DNA of 64,000 nucleotides from Tubulanus polymorphus (Eukaryota > Animalia > Nemertea), in NCBI RefSeq assembly GCF_964204645.1, contig NC_134035.1, positions 1,240,001-1,304,000 of the forward strand, written 5' to 3'. This document shows, in pieces, positions 52,116-64,000 of this stretch. The translations under genes were made by a program, and so were the position numbers. Every line of letters starts with the position of its first letter. Position 1 is the first letter of the stretch. The notes under the pieces are model-generated. The model was not told where the DNA came from. It made no database searches and was given only the letters and a program-made list of their open reading frames with translations.

Positions 52116-53639
52116 ATATCTTGTACATTCACGAGAGAATATCGCAAAAAAAATCAGTAGATCAGTTAAACAATAGACGTGTGGTGTATTCACCGATGGG
52201 AATCCTACCTCCGGTTTCGTTTGAAGCGTTCTTCCTCGTCGTCGGGTGTATGGCACTTCAGCGTCGTCGGCAGCCGCCATTACGGTTTCATCAATTATGC
52301 AACGCGACGCAACTTTCCGAATTGTCGGTTACTCATTCAACGTCTGCCTATAGTATTTGCTTTTCATTCATGTCGAGTAGGAGTACACGGCCGGGTACGC
52401 GAGGCTGAAAGTGGCTGACAACTTCTGAGCGCATCGTTTGACGGCGACATCAAAAACAACGATTTTTACTCGACTTAATTACGAATACTGGCAACAGAAA
52501 TCATCTACCGCGTGCGCTGATATGTATAATTGATTGACTGCTGAAATATGATATTGTTCGAAAGTTTAACCCTTCGATTCCCGTATACATAGACGGAACA
52601 GTGCTGAGACGACGCTGGTTTTTTAAAGACCGCTGAAGTTAGAAATGAAGAGAAACTGTTTAGTAGTATCACCGTGTAGAGTTAAATCCAAGATTGATCT
52701 TGAAGCGTAAGACTGGTCATAGGTAAGCTATGGGACCAAGACTCCCAAATTTGGTCTTAAATCTTAGAACTGGTCATTAGATAATTGAGATACTGGTCTT
52801 AAATCCAAGCCTTTACCCAGCAAATGGCACCTAAGCTAATCAGTCATAGTTCCAGACCAGACTGGCAATGGACCAATCAAGAAATTTGATCATGCGGTAG
52901 GCAATGCAGCAGGACAGCTACACGGTCCTCTCATGAACGCTGAGGGTGTGATCCACTTCAAGGGAGGTATGGGGTAGTTTTTAAAAATTAGATACTTTCA
53001 AGTGCATTCTGAGCTCTTTTTTGCTAAAAAACCATATCGATATTGACTGTTCTTTTAAGTGTTTGGTCGGCCGAAAAAGGGGGCACGTGCCATGCGGACC
53101 CTAGTTCCTATATAGTTTGGTTTACATTTAAAAATACACATTCGAAATGCTTTCAATTTCGCCTCAAAATATAAACCGGCCTCGAGGACAACTACAACAA
53201 TAACGACGACGATGACGCAGTATTCCGATACATTGTTCACTGATTGTCGAGGGGTTCGACTCACTCGCTGCCCGGAGATGTATATCTATCACACGTCAGA
53301 CAGATTGAGCTCGCTCTCTCCCTCGAAGCCGAGCGTGACAGCCGGAGACGTCGGCGTGAAATCCCGATCGTCTTAGAAACGCGGAAGTTTACTAAAAGCG
53401 AACCGTTTTAATTAAGAGAGAAAGTGACGAGCAGTTTAAACGTCGACGAAGCAACAAGTGTCAGACGCGAGAGCTTATTAAGAGACACTACGGCTTACAG
53501 CGCCGAGCGACGATGCTTGAAGGGGTGCTGTCAATTTAAAGCACTTATTGGGCCAATACTTACGTGTTAATCTATTTAAATCACATGATTGAACACGCGG
53601 AAAGTTATAGCTAAACAGTTGCAACGTAACGCCAAACAT

Positions 53640-53952
53640 GGTTTCAAATTGTGGTGGTTAGCTTGATGAGCTACACTGGACTGGACTAGAGTAGACAGAC
53701 TTATTATGTAACCAAATGAGCTTAGACGGGTCTGAAATTGTTGAATTGGCTTCAGAACCAAAATGAGCCAAGACTGATCTTACATTGTTATCCAAAATTA
53801 CCTAAGCTGGTCTTAAGTTGTCAGATTGGCTATACCAACAAGATTAGCTAAGCTGGTCTTAAGTTGTTAGATCGGATATAGAACCAAAATGAGCTAAGAC
53901 TGATCTTATATTAGATTAGTTATAGAAGCATAATGACTTGAGACTGGACTTA
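53640..53952. repeat. Degenerate tandem array of the MITE A internal 47-bp unit
   Basis: agctaagactggtcttaagttgttagattggctatagaacc variants without TIRs; a similar remnant is at about 52690-52812. Confidence 0.7.
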
Positions 53953-56231
53953 AAAATTTCAACTGAACATTTCACAAAAATTCTCTAGAATGTGAAGAAC
54001 TAGACAAAAATTTCTGTTTCTATATTTCTCAAAATTTTGGGTATTTCACTCAAACAAAAGGAATTTCAAGCACCTTAACTTAAAAGTATCTATAGTTTAC
54101 AAGGAGTTTCTAAGAAATCAACAAGGAATTGTTTTCAATCAGAATTTCACTATGAATTAATTAATACATGTTGCGGTGAATATGCGCTGAAATTACAAAT
54201 CTCTGCCGAACCCAGAACGAACGCGGAGAGACGAGGAGAACGGCTGTCGACGTTCTCATCATTAATTCACGACGGCCATCAATTTACTAATTGTCTTTAA
54301 TTCACTCGATGAAAAATCCTCAAACGACAATTTACGACGTACAACGAACGAACGACGACCATTTTAATAATAGCATCGTCATTATACGACATCAAAAATA
54401 CATCAAAACAAAGCTTCACTACGAGCGGACGGAAATAATGAGAGATAGGCAGCCAGCAGCGTAACACTCACTCTCTCTCTACCTCTCCTCCGGCAGTGTA
54501 ACACTCACACTCTCTAACTCCCAGTCACTCTCTCCAAACCCTCACCGATCCGATATCTATAATTATTCCTGAGTTTGAGAATATCTAGAAATTTTTGTGA
54601 GTAAGTAAGCTAAGTTAAAAGAGTTGAAACTTCTCTAAAATAGTAGTCGTTGTATTCAGGTCTGTCTCTAACTCCCTCTCCCTCTGACTACTCTCTCCCC
54701 CTCTCCTCTCCCCTCCCTTTAACGACTCTCACACTTCATCTCACTCTCACTCATTTCTCTAACTCTCACTCCTCTCTACCTTCTCCCTCTCACTCAATCT
54801 CCTCTAAATCTCTCCCTAATACTTTTCTCCCACTCCTCTATTTCCCTTCCCCTATTTTCTCTCTTCTCACTCACAATCTATCCCACTCTCATCTCTTCAA
54901 CTCCTCTCTCCCCTCATCTTCCTAACTCCCTCTCACTCGACTCTTACTATCTCACTCCGCTCTTCTCTCACACACCCGAACTTCTCATGTAACAAGAGAA
55001 ATTTCTTCCAGTAATGAATTATTATAGCTAGTTAAGACTCTATTGGATAGCTGCCAAACAGTAAAACAAAAAAAAAAACAATTTGCTGCTTCAAGTTTCA
55101 TAGGAGCTGTAAATCTATCAAATCATCGGGAGCACGGTAAAGAAAACATACAAGGAAGTCAGTTTAACAAACTAGCTTTAACTTTAAACATAGACCTTAG
55201 TAAAACTGGTCTATTCTAACTGGTATATTCCAATAATCATCTTCACAAATGAAGATATGAACATGACTATCAGGTTATAGTCGAAACGTCGAATCAATAA
55301 ATCATTAGCTTAAAGGAAACGTATCAGACTTCATTTTTCTCTATTATATCAATGTGGGATTCTCAATTAATACTAGACCCTGTTTTAACGATTCCGCGAC
55401 AGTTAAATCAAACGACAATCAATCGACTTAATCACTCGTGTCAGGTGGGAATAAGTCGGCATTCAAAAAGAAAACCTAACGACCCAACGTTGAAAGGAAC
55501 AATTTCAAACAATGAAACGTCTGCGTTTAGTCGACGTGCGGTTTTAAGGGAAGGACTTCGCTTCGGGCCCGCCGCGGTCCGCGGTCGTTGTCAATCTTAT
55601 TAAAAACTATAATTTCTCGTTCATCGTCGTCGTCGAGTCATCCGGTGCCGAAGAGTAATTAACGACAAAAATCGGAAAGCGAATTATGACGAATGCCCGC
55701 AGGATGCGAGCGCGTGAAAAAAATCAAATCAAAGACAATTCAACCGCGAATAAACGCGATCGACTTAATAGTACCGGGTCGATATAGACCGTACAATCTT
55801 CTCAAATATATTCCATAATTGCTGTTTTATACAGCGCTTATATTTTATGCGACGCTAAGGAAAGATCGTTAGTTATCTATTTGCTATTGATGTCATCGTC
55901 GATATATAAATCTAAAACAGAGACGGCTCGTCCTCGGGTTGTGGTTGTGGTGGCTTCAAGGTGATTAATTAAAGCTTTTTGATGCTTTTGACGCCGCGAT
56001 TGAATCGCGCGAAATAAACGATATTTTAATTATTTCGAGGTCTTTGTATTTGAAATATCAGCGTGGATTATACCGTATATACACGATTGTGTGTTAACCA
56101 TTGATAAAACACTATATATCAGTGACGATTATGTGAAGAGAATCTCACAATAATTACTGGAAAAAAAGATATAATTTCTAAAAGTCTGTTTTCTTGAGCA
56201 TTCTGTTTTCATGGTTAACTTTCTTGTTTAA

Positions 56232-56510
56232 CCCTTTCAGTGCATCTACACCGCAGTGCGGTGTATAAATCCGCCAATAGATTTTGCTAGTATACTGCAA
56301 TGCGGTGTATTGATGTCATTAGTAATTATCTCTTGAAAAATGGCAGCACCTGTCAAACATAGTGAAATACTAGTAACCGACGATACATCGCGCCGCGGTG
56401 TAGACGTACTATAGTGGTATTCTCTTATGCAAAGCACTAGGGTGGAATTTTTTAAAATTTTCAAATTATCTCCAGCACTATAGGGTATTAATTGGTCAGC
56501 ACTGAAAGGG
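56232..56510 (+). mobile_element. Complete piggyBac-like MITE (family F)
   Basis: TTAA-CCCTTTCAGTGC ... GCACTGAAAGGG-TTAA: 12-bp perfect TIR and TTAA target site duplication. Confidence 0.9.
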
Positions 56511-56894
56511 TTAAGGATTATACATATATACACAATTGTGTTAACCATTGATAAAACATTATACATCTAAAAGTCTGTATCCTTCAGCATTCTGTTTTCA
56601 TGGTTAGTTTTTTGGTTTAAGGCATCGATAAAGTTTCAAGTTTCCTCGTTCATAAATATCAGCCCAGCCAGAAACAACAATATAAACCTGCATTAAAAAA
56701 TGACTGCGACGACTGCGAAAATGACAACGGGCAAATAATCGATACAAATCCGTAAATCCCGAGATCGGATTTAAAATTATTAATTACTCTCGTTCGCGAA
56801 CGTCCAAGGCTGCCGGAGATTATCGAACGGTTGTAAACGACTTAAATTCTCATTACGAATTTCAATTAATGATATACCGAACTGGAAGACAACT

Positions 56895-57164
56895 AAAGCC
56901 AAGCTGAGGTCGACTTACGATTCGATCATCAACGACGCAAAGTCATGCGATGCAATTCTCGTCGCTGATTGGCTACGATGTTAAGATCAGTCGCAGAAAA
57001 TAGAACTTGTTCTATCCTTACGATTCGGCTTACGACCGACCGGTCTGCGATCTGTCACGGTCCTAAAGTACGCCCCCGTCGAAAAGATTCCAGATTTAAA
57101 ATTCGCAGACTTGACCACTTTACGATCTGATGATCGGATCTTAATCGACCTGAATTACGCCTAA
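56895..57164. mobile_element. Palindromic MITE with long imperfect TIRs
   Basis: AGGTCGACTTACGATTCGATCATCA ... TGATGATCGGATCTTAATCGACCT. Confidence 0.65.
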
Positions 57165-58799
57165 TTCATTTCAGTATTTTAAAATCGTTTAAAGGTTATA
57201 AATAATTCGAAGGCGTTGTTTCATATTAAGTTTTCAACACGTCAAAATAAGTTTAAAAGTTCACTATAAGGATACAATAATGACGAGCAGCGTGTCATTA
57301 AAACTGCCACGAGGTAAAAAAACAGCACAAAATAGCAATCACAAAAGCTGAACTGGTGATAAGTAGCAATTATTCCGTTTAGATTTAAAGGTGTGCCTCT
57401 TTGTTTCGTTTGACGCTAATTTTTAAATCGATAAATCGTTAATTATTTTCCACCCGCAGCCAAAAACGGAGCCTCTGGGAGCTGTATACGATCGAACAGG
57501 AGTGGTCGATGACAATATTCAGTCTCTGTATAGAGATCAGGGATGGTCAGGGACCTCTCTAACATCGTTCTGTCTACCTTCATCAGCTCACGGGCATCTG
57601 CTTCATATACGCATTATCCCATCCTTTGCACTGTACACCTGGACCCCCGTACTAACATTGTACCCAAGATTCATCAAGATCAACCCACTATTAACGGAAG
57701 CTAAGTAGCTGAAAGACAGACGCACAGATAGACAGTGCAAGAAAAAAGGCAGTCACTGAAATGAACCAATGAAAGAATCGGACAGGACAGTCCAATCCAT
57801 TATAACGCCAACCTTTCTAAATACTGGTGCTCATTCAAATTTCTTTCTCTGAGAATAAATATGATGCAAAAATCTCATTTAACTAAAACTAAGTACAGAA
57901 GCAGAGACGGACAGTGAGAATAAGGGTCTCACGTAAGCCTGATAAACCAAAAGTATATTTCAGAGCAGGATACAGCTTTAACCTCTATAAAACTCTAAAA
58001 CGTTAAACTTATACAGACTATCTTATGGTCTAGGTTGTCTTGGTTTTATATAATGGATTTGGCCTTTTTAAAAGAGAAATTTCGACCATAAAAGATCGCG
58101 GGTACGCCCATTCAGCCGATTGACAAGTGGCTGCACTACCAAGCAGTTACAAATTGGTATTTCACATGTACTGAACTCATGAATTCTTAACTAAAAAGAA
58201 CGTCGGAAATTACTTCTGGGACGCGTACGTTCAAAGAACTGATATTGAAACTAAATTTCTAAATTTTTATTGTTGAACGCGGTCGATGCGGTCCGGGTTA
58301 TTAACAGCGCTATCTACGAGGTTATTCATCAACTGACACGCTACGACTGAATGTTTATTACTGATGTATCATATATGAATGAATTCATTACTCTTTCATC
58401 AAACGCAATCGAGATTCAACGCATGAAACTCAAAGGTGTTGATTAAAATCAGAATCATAACTTAACACGCGATAAAAGGTGTTACCGATTCTATCCCTAA
58501 TTACTCATTTTCCGCGGCGACCAATTCAATTCAATTCTTTATTGACACTTAAAAATAATGACCAGTGTAACAGACAGTAACAAAGTAGAGAATATATAAG
58601 AATGACTTCACACCGAACTTGTAGCAGTCCGACTGAGGAAAAAGACAGCACTTATTTCCTGACATTCTTTTAAATCAATGGCTTTTTCCTGAATCTAAAG
58701 ATGGTGATCCATTAGAATGTGCGTGTGTATAAAAGCCAATAAACCCACGATGAAACTTGGCTGTAAAAATTTCCTGCAGGAACAATAAGTACTATTCAG

Positions 58800-58920
58800 G
58801 GGCTGGTTCCATAGTCACAGTCTAAGACCATCAAAGTTCTATAGCTAATCTAACAGCTTAAGACCAGTCTTAAGATTTAAGACCACTTTTGGACTTAAGT
58901 GATGATTATGGAACTGGCCC
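58800..58920. mobile_element. MITE family A
   Basis: GGGCTGGTTCCATA ... TATGGAACTGGCCC flanked by CAG/CAG. Confidence 0.85.
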
Positions 58921-60773
58921 CAGTAGTTTCGGGATTACATTCGTGGAAAGTAAGCACTAATCAGGGCCTATCCTGAACTTCTCCAAAAGAAAGCAGTTTT
59001 CAGACTCCCGACAAACCGCGTTACACTGAGATTAACAGGTAGAAACTACACGGAATATGTATGGCTCAGTGCATGAGACGCGCCGCGAGGCCTGGTCGGC
59101 GCGAGAGACCACCTACTATAGATATAAAGACACTCGATCAATGGAACGAAGCCATTTTTCACGAAAAACGACACCTGAATTTTTTTTAAATATAATTTCG
59201 ATTATTTAACGCGCGCCGTGTGTCGCGTACTGCGTTCATAAAACAGGTCATAAATGACACATCTATTTCGGCGTGTTTGCGTATATATATATATATATAT
59301 AAGAGCGTTATCAACTATCGCTGAAAATGTCATATCATAATACGAACTGCGTATAGTTAATAGAAAAGAAAATCACGTCCTCGTAAATATGGACATTCCA
59401 AGAAAATCGTACGAAAAACTAGGTCGACTTATACTGAACTATATTTTGGAAGTAGTCAGAAAGAAAGCGGAGAGAGGAGAGAGCGAGGGAGATGTGAAAG
59501 TGAGCAGTCTTAAATTGAAGATGTAATTTGATTTTTGAGAATGTACGTCTCACGTTTCTCGTGACATTGAAATCTATCAAAACTCAACCGCCCGGCATAA
59601 TACAGAGAGGGACAAAATATATCAACAATCTAAAATCATGTCAAGATATTTGAAACAATATTTGAGACCTTAAACGGACAAAAATGTACATAGATTATAT
59701 GTTTAAGTACGAAGACACTTATACAGGCAGGTATCTACAGAAAGAGATACATATATATATATTTACTGGAAGGGGCCGGAATCGTATAGAATTGACTTTC
59801 AAATCCTTAACTGATGATAGGGGTTAATCGAACCAGACAGCCCCCTACATAACCAGACTCAAATCAAAGCCCCCCCCCCCCCTAGAGACAAGGTGGGAGA
59901 CAGGAAGCAGACAGGGAATGAGACAGGGTGGCACATAATCGAGGGTGATATTACAATCCATTCTATTCAAAGAAAATGATTTTGTGATATATAGTGTTGG
60001 AAAATTTCCGTCGAGAAATCGTATGTGTCACTATAAATATACGTATATATATCTCGAAATAATGACACAATACATTAACGGGCCGGGCGGCCGGGCGGGA
60101 ATGAGTGGGCGGGAATGAGTGGGTCCCCGCTAGTATTAACTGCCACATGAACGAGTATGCGCGTGTATATAAGTTTATAGTTAGGACACCGTTGTATAAC
60201 ACTATAGCGGTGCCGTCATGCGTGCGACCCGGCGTTTAGCTTTATCCGTGACCCGGTGTTTAGGGTCAACCGTAACGGATTAATCCGTTAAAGTCGTTAA
60301 TATTAATCATTGCCTGAAATTCCGGAACGACGCGGCGGAAAATATTACGACTTTTGCCAGAATTTGTGCGATTACTCTTCGACTAAGGTTTAATGAGAAA
60401 ACGGTTATATTATACGAGATTCGGGATTCCACAGTTTGATAGCGTAAGCCCGTCGCAGACGAGGCAAGGGGGGCTCAGAGGTTTATGTCCCAAGGTTCAC
60501 TCAGCTGTTGTCCCCTCAAAGATTCTGTAAAAACTTTTTGTACAGTAAGAAAGCCCAGGTACACTGTGACATGTAGAATAGCCCCGGTACACTCCGTATA
60601 TATTTGTCCCCCTCCCCTCTGGTGACATCGATGTCTGCTCTGCACCCTGGGGACAGTTGCTCAACAGTGGTTAAAGTTAAGTACCAATTACCGATAGTAG
60701 AGTTGTGATAGGGATAAAATAGGGATTATCCTCTTATTTGATTTAGTGTCCCTTGCAAAGCAACCACACACTA

Positions 60774-61267
60774 CACCAGCCGGGAACAAATTGAAATCTC
60801 AAATTGAAGTACAGATATAGTTGTGTGATCGTCAAATTTATAGACATTATTGTTTTTATTAGTTATGATGTTAGGTCTATCCACTGTTTAACTTATACCA
60901 ACTTTTGACGACTGACCCCAAATAGAAATAGAGGATATACAAAGTGGCCACTTAGTTGGAAATTGTGGAAAAGTTGTTAAAAATCAGGTAATAGTCAGGA
61001 AATTTTGTTATGTAGTGCAAAATCAGGGAAAATTCAGACAAATTTGTTGAGATTGCTAGATCACATGTATTAATGTATCAGTTTCTGTCTATGTTTTACG
61101 TATTTGACTGTGCTAATTGATCGGAGTCTTAGCAAATCAAGTCAGGGAAAATAACGTACTTACCACGGAATCGTCAGGGAAAATTCAGGGAACAAACAAG
61201 TCAAATAAAAGTGGTAACGCTGATATATTTCTGGTGCCCTTTGATAGAAAGTTGTTGGTTCTATGAT
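60774..61267 (+). repeat. Left arm of a long inverted duplication (contains MITE B end plus MITE C)
   Basis: Aligns to the reverse complement of 63563-64000. Confidence 0.9.
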
Positions 61268-61920
61268 GGTCAATTCAACTCAAATCTAACGTCGAATTAT
61301 TGATTACCATTATGAAGTTCAATATCGATAGAACAGATTATTATCAGCTGTAACAAGTCGACGAGCGGGTACCGGACAACCCTCGCATGTACTCGCACTC
61401 CCGACGAGTATCTGCCATCACCGTTTATTGATCCTCAATCACTGGATTAACATCGGATTATGAATCCAGTTATCATCACTCAATGATTCACGTGACATCA
61501 TCATAACTTACATTTACAAACAAGTTTGGAATCGATTGAACTTTCAGTGATATAGGTTTAATATGCTTCTGGATCCACAGTTGTGTGTATGTTCAATTAG
61601 AATCACCACCTGACCCACAGTTGTGGCTTTGTTCCTGGACTTAGTTCTACAGTAATGTATGGGTTTGTCACTGGACCCAGTCCCATAATGGTGTGTGTTC
61701 AATTAGAATCTACACCCGGACCCAGTTGTGGCTTTGTTTCTTAATGTGTGGGTTTATTAATTTGTCACTGTGCCCAGTCCTACAGTTGTGGGTTTAATTT
61801 GTCCGTGGGCCAAGATCCATGTGTGTGTGCGATTAGAATCTGGACCCAGTTCCAGTTGTGCGCGTTCAATTCGACTCCGGACCTGGTCCCGCAGTTGTAT
61901 GGGTTTAACTTGTTGCCTTC

Positions 61921-62840
61921 CACAGGACCTAGTTCAACAGGACCTGGTTCTACAGGGCCTGGTTCCACAGGACCTGGTTCTACAGGGCCTGGTTCCACAG
62001 GGCCTGGTTCTACAGGGCCTGGTTCTACAGGACCCATTTCTACAGGGCCTGGTTCCACAGGACCCAGTTCTACAGGGCCTGGTTCAACAGGACCTGGTTC
62101 TACAGGACCCAGTTCTACAGGGCCTGGTTCCACAGGACCCAGTTCTACAGGACCCAGTTCTACAGGACCCAGTTCTACAGGGCCTGGTTCTACAGGACCC
62201 GGTTCTACAGGGCCTGGTTCCACAGGGCCTGGTTCTACAGGACCTGGTTCTACAGGGCCTGGTTCCACAGGACCTGGTTCTACAGGGCCTGGTTCCACAG
62301 GACCCATTTCTACAGGGCCTGGTTCCACAGGACCCAGTTCTACAGGGCCTGGTTCAACAGGACCTGGTTCTACAGGACCCAGTTCTACAGGGCCTGGTTC
62401 CACAGGACCCAGTTCTACAGGACCCAGTTCAACAGGGCCTGGTTCTACAGGACCCGGTTCTACAGGGCCTGGTTCCACAGGGCCTGGTTCCACAGGACCT
62501 GGTTCCACAGGACCTTGTTCTACAGGGCCTGGTTCCACAGGACCTGGTTCTACAGGGCCTGGTTCCACAGGGCCTGGTTCTACAGGGCCTGGTTCCACAG
62601 GGCCTGGTTCAACAGGACCCAGTTCTACAGGGCCTGGTTCCACAGGGCCTGGTTCCACAGGACCTGGTTCCACAGGGCCTCGTTCCACAGGACCTGGTTC
62701 CACAGGACCTGGTTCTACAGGACCCAGTTCTACAGGGCCTGGTTCCACAGGACCCAGTTCTACAGGACCCAGTTCAACAGGGCCTGGTTCTACAGGACCC
62801 GGTTCTACAGGGCCTGGTTCCACAGGGCCTGGTTCCACAG
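61921..62840. repeat. 15-bp minisatellite, about 61 copies
   Basis: Unit ACAGG(G/A)CC(T/C)(G/A)GTTC(C/T/A); source of the long repetitive ORFs. Confidence 0.98.
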
Positions 62841-63562
62841 TTGTAGAATCATTTACGAACAGAAATTGAAAACGGATGAAGCGAATTCTGATGATCTAGT
62901 CGATCTAGTAATACATACGCCGCATGTCTGTATAACATTCAAAAACTTCCTGTAACCCATACCAGGTATGCTAATACTAAAAACAGTAATACGTATGGGA
63001 GGATATCACAGCCGGGTTAGAGTACAAAACAGAACCCTTCAGAAATCCAGTTGAGAGCCACTCACACCGAACAACAATAAGGCAACTGAAATACGCTCCT
63101 ATGTTTTACGTATAGTGTCGTCGTTGTGTGTATGTTTTCGGAAGTACCGGTGTCTCTAGTGAGAACGTAAACTAATATATTAGACACGATTATTGGATTA
63201 CCGTAACTACCACCCACAGTGGGGGGATCCCCAATCCACGCAGGGACTAGCTTTAAACCCGGACAGAATATTCAAGCGTCTTCTTCCAAAACACAGCTCT
63301 CGCCGTTTCAATCTATAGAATACCCTCTAAAAAGCTTGTGAAATTGTCGGCTTATAAATTCTCAACATATCGACCTCATCTCTGATGCCTTTGATGCTTT
63401 TAAGTCTGTGTTCGCAACTTTTAGTATAATCAATACTTAGAATAGCGTGTAAACTCCTATGATCCCTACTGTACTATCAAAATATTTGTGCAATTTCCAG
63501 AGTTAAGAACATATTTCGGTACGATCAGAAATCATCGTTATACCAATATTCAGGGGCGAAGA

Positions 63563-64000
63563 TCATAGAACCAACATTTTTCTATCAAAGGGCACCAGAA
63601 GCATTACCGCTATTTGACTTGTTTGTTCCCTGAATTTTCTCTTGACTATTCCTTGATAAGTAAGTTGTTTTCCCGGACTTGATTTGCTAAGACTCCGATC
63701 AATTAGCACAGTCAAATACGTAAAACATCGACAGAAACTGATACATTAATACATGTGATCTAGCAATCTCAACAAATTGCCTGAATTTTCCCTGATTTTA
63801 CAAAATTCCCTGACTATTACCTGATTTTTAACAACTTTTCCACAATTTCCAACTAAGTGGCCACTCTGTATATCCTCTATTTCTATTTTCGGTCAGTCGT
63901 CAAGTTGGTAAAGTTAACCAGTGGATAGTACATAAGTTCGACCGATCACATGACTATATCTGTACTTCAATTTCAGATTTCAATTTGTTCCCGGCAGGTG
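63563..64000 (-). repeat. Right arm of the long inverted duplication (truncated by the window end)
   Basis: Reverse complement matches 60774-61267, including non-TE junction sequence. Confidence 0.9.

Noticed and set aside
62888-62912. CTGATGA followed by a short stem, as a hammerhead candidate
   Set aside because: No GAAA core follows stem II; other CTGANGA sites checked (9475, 30142, 57127, 59811) also lack the structure.
61748-62955. Long ORFs (STGPG)n, (VEPGP)n, (QGLVP)n and (RAWFH)n resembling silk, collagen or antifreeze proteins
   Set aside because: Several frames on both strands are open simply because the 15-bp unit lacks stops. The starts are non-ATG, there is no signal peptide, and the unit matches a MITE terminus.

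Overview
Eukaryotic (animal, probably invertebrate) genomic DNA, AT-rich and repeat-dense; it is not prokaryotic, so almost all of the supplied ORFs are spurious. The one well-supported gene is on the minus strand: three phase-compatible coding exons (37243-37773, 35925-36030, 28024-28258) give a signal peptide followed by tandem thrombospondin type-1 repeats in the alternating arrangement of THSD7A/B. I found no further exon, so 1-28023 is probably one very long intron, and about 38.5-64 kb is upstream sequence. The rest is a mosaic of short non-autonomous DNA transposons (PIF/Harbinger-like with CWG or TWA flanks, piggyBac-like with TTAA flanks, hAT-like CAGGG/CAGTGG ends), tRNA-derived SINEs, an RTE LINE 3' remnant, and many mini- and microsatellites. 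The most interesting signals are: (1) minisatellites that appear to be amplified from MITE termini (15-bp and 24-bp arrays) or MITE interiors; (2) a long inverted duplication enclosing the 15-bp array; (3) repeated insertion of one MITE family into the Pol III promoter boxes of one SINE family; (4) a fine-scale alternation of CpG-rich unique patches and CpG-eroded repeats; (5) a degenerate Penelope-type minimal hammerhead motif and a 60-nt near-perfect hairpin. All alignments were done by eye, and repeat boundaries are approximate.
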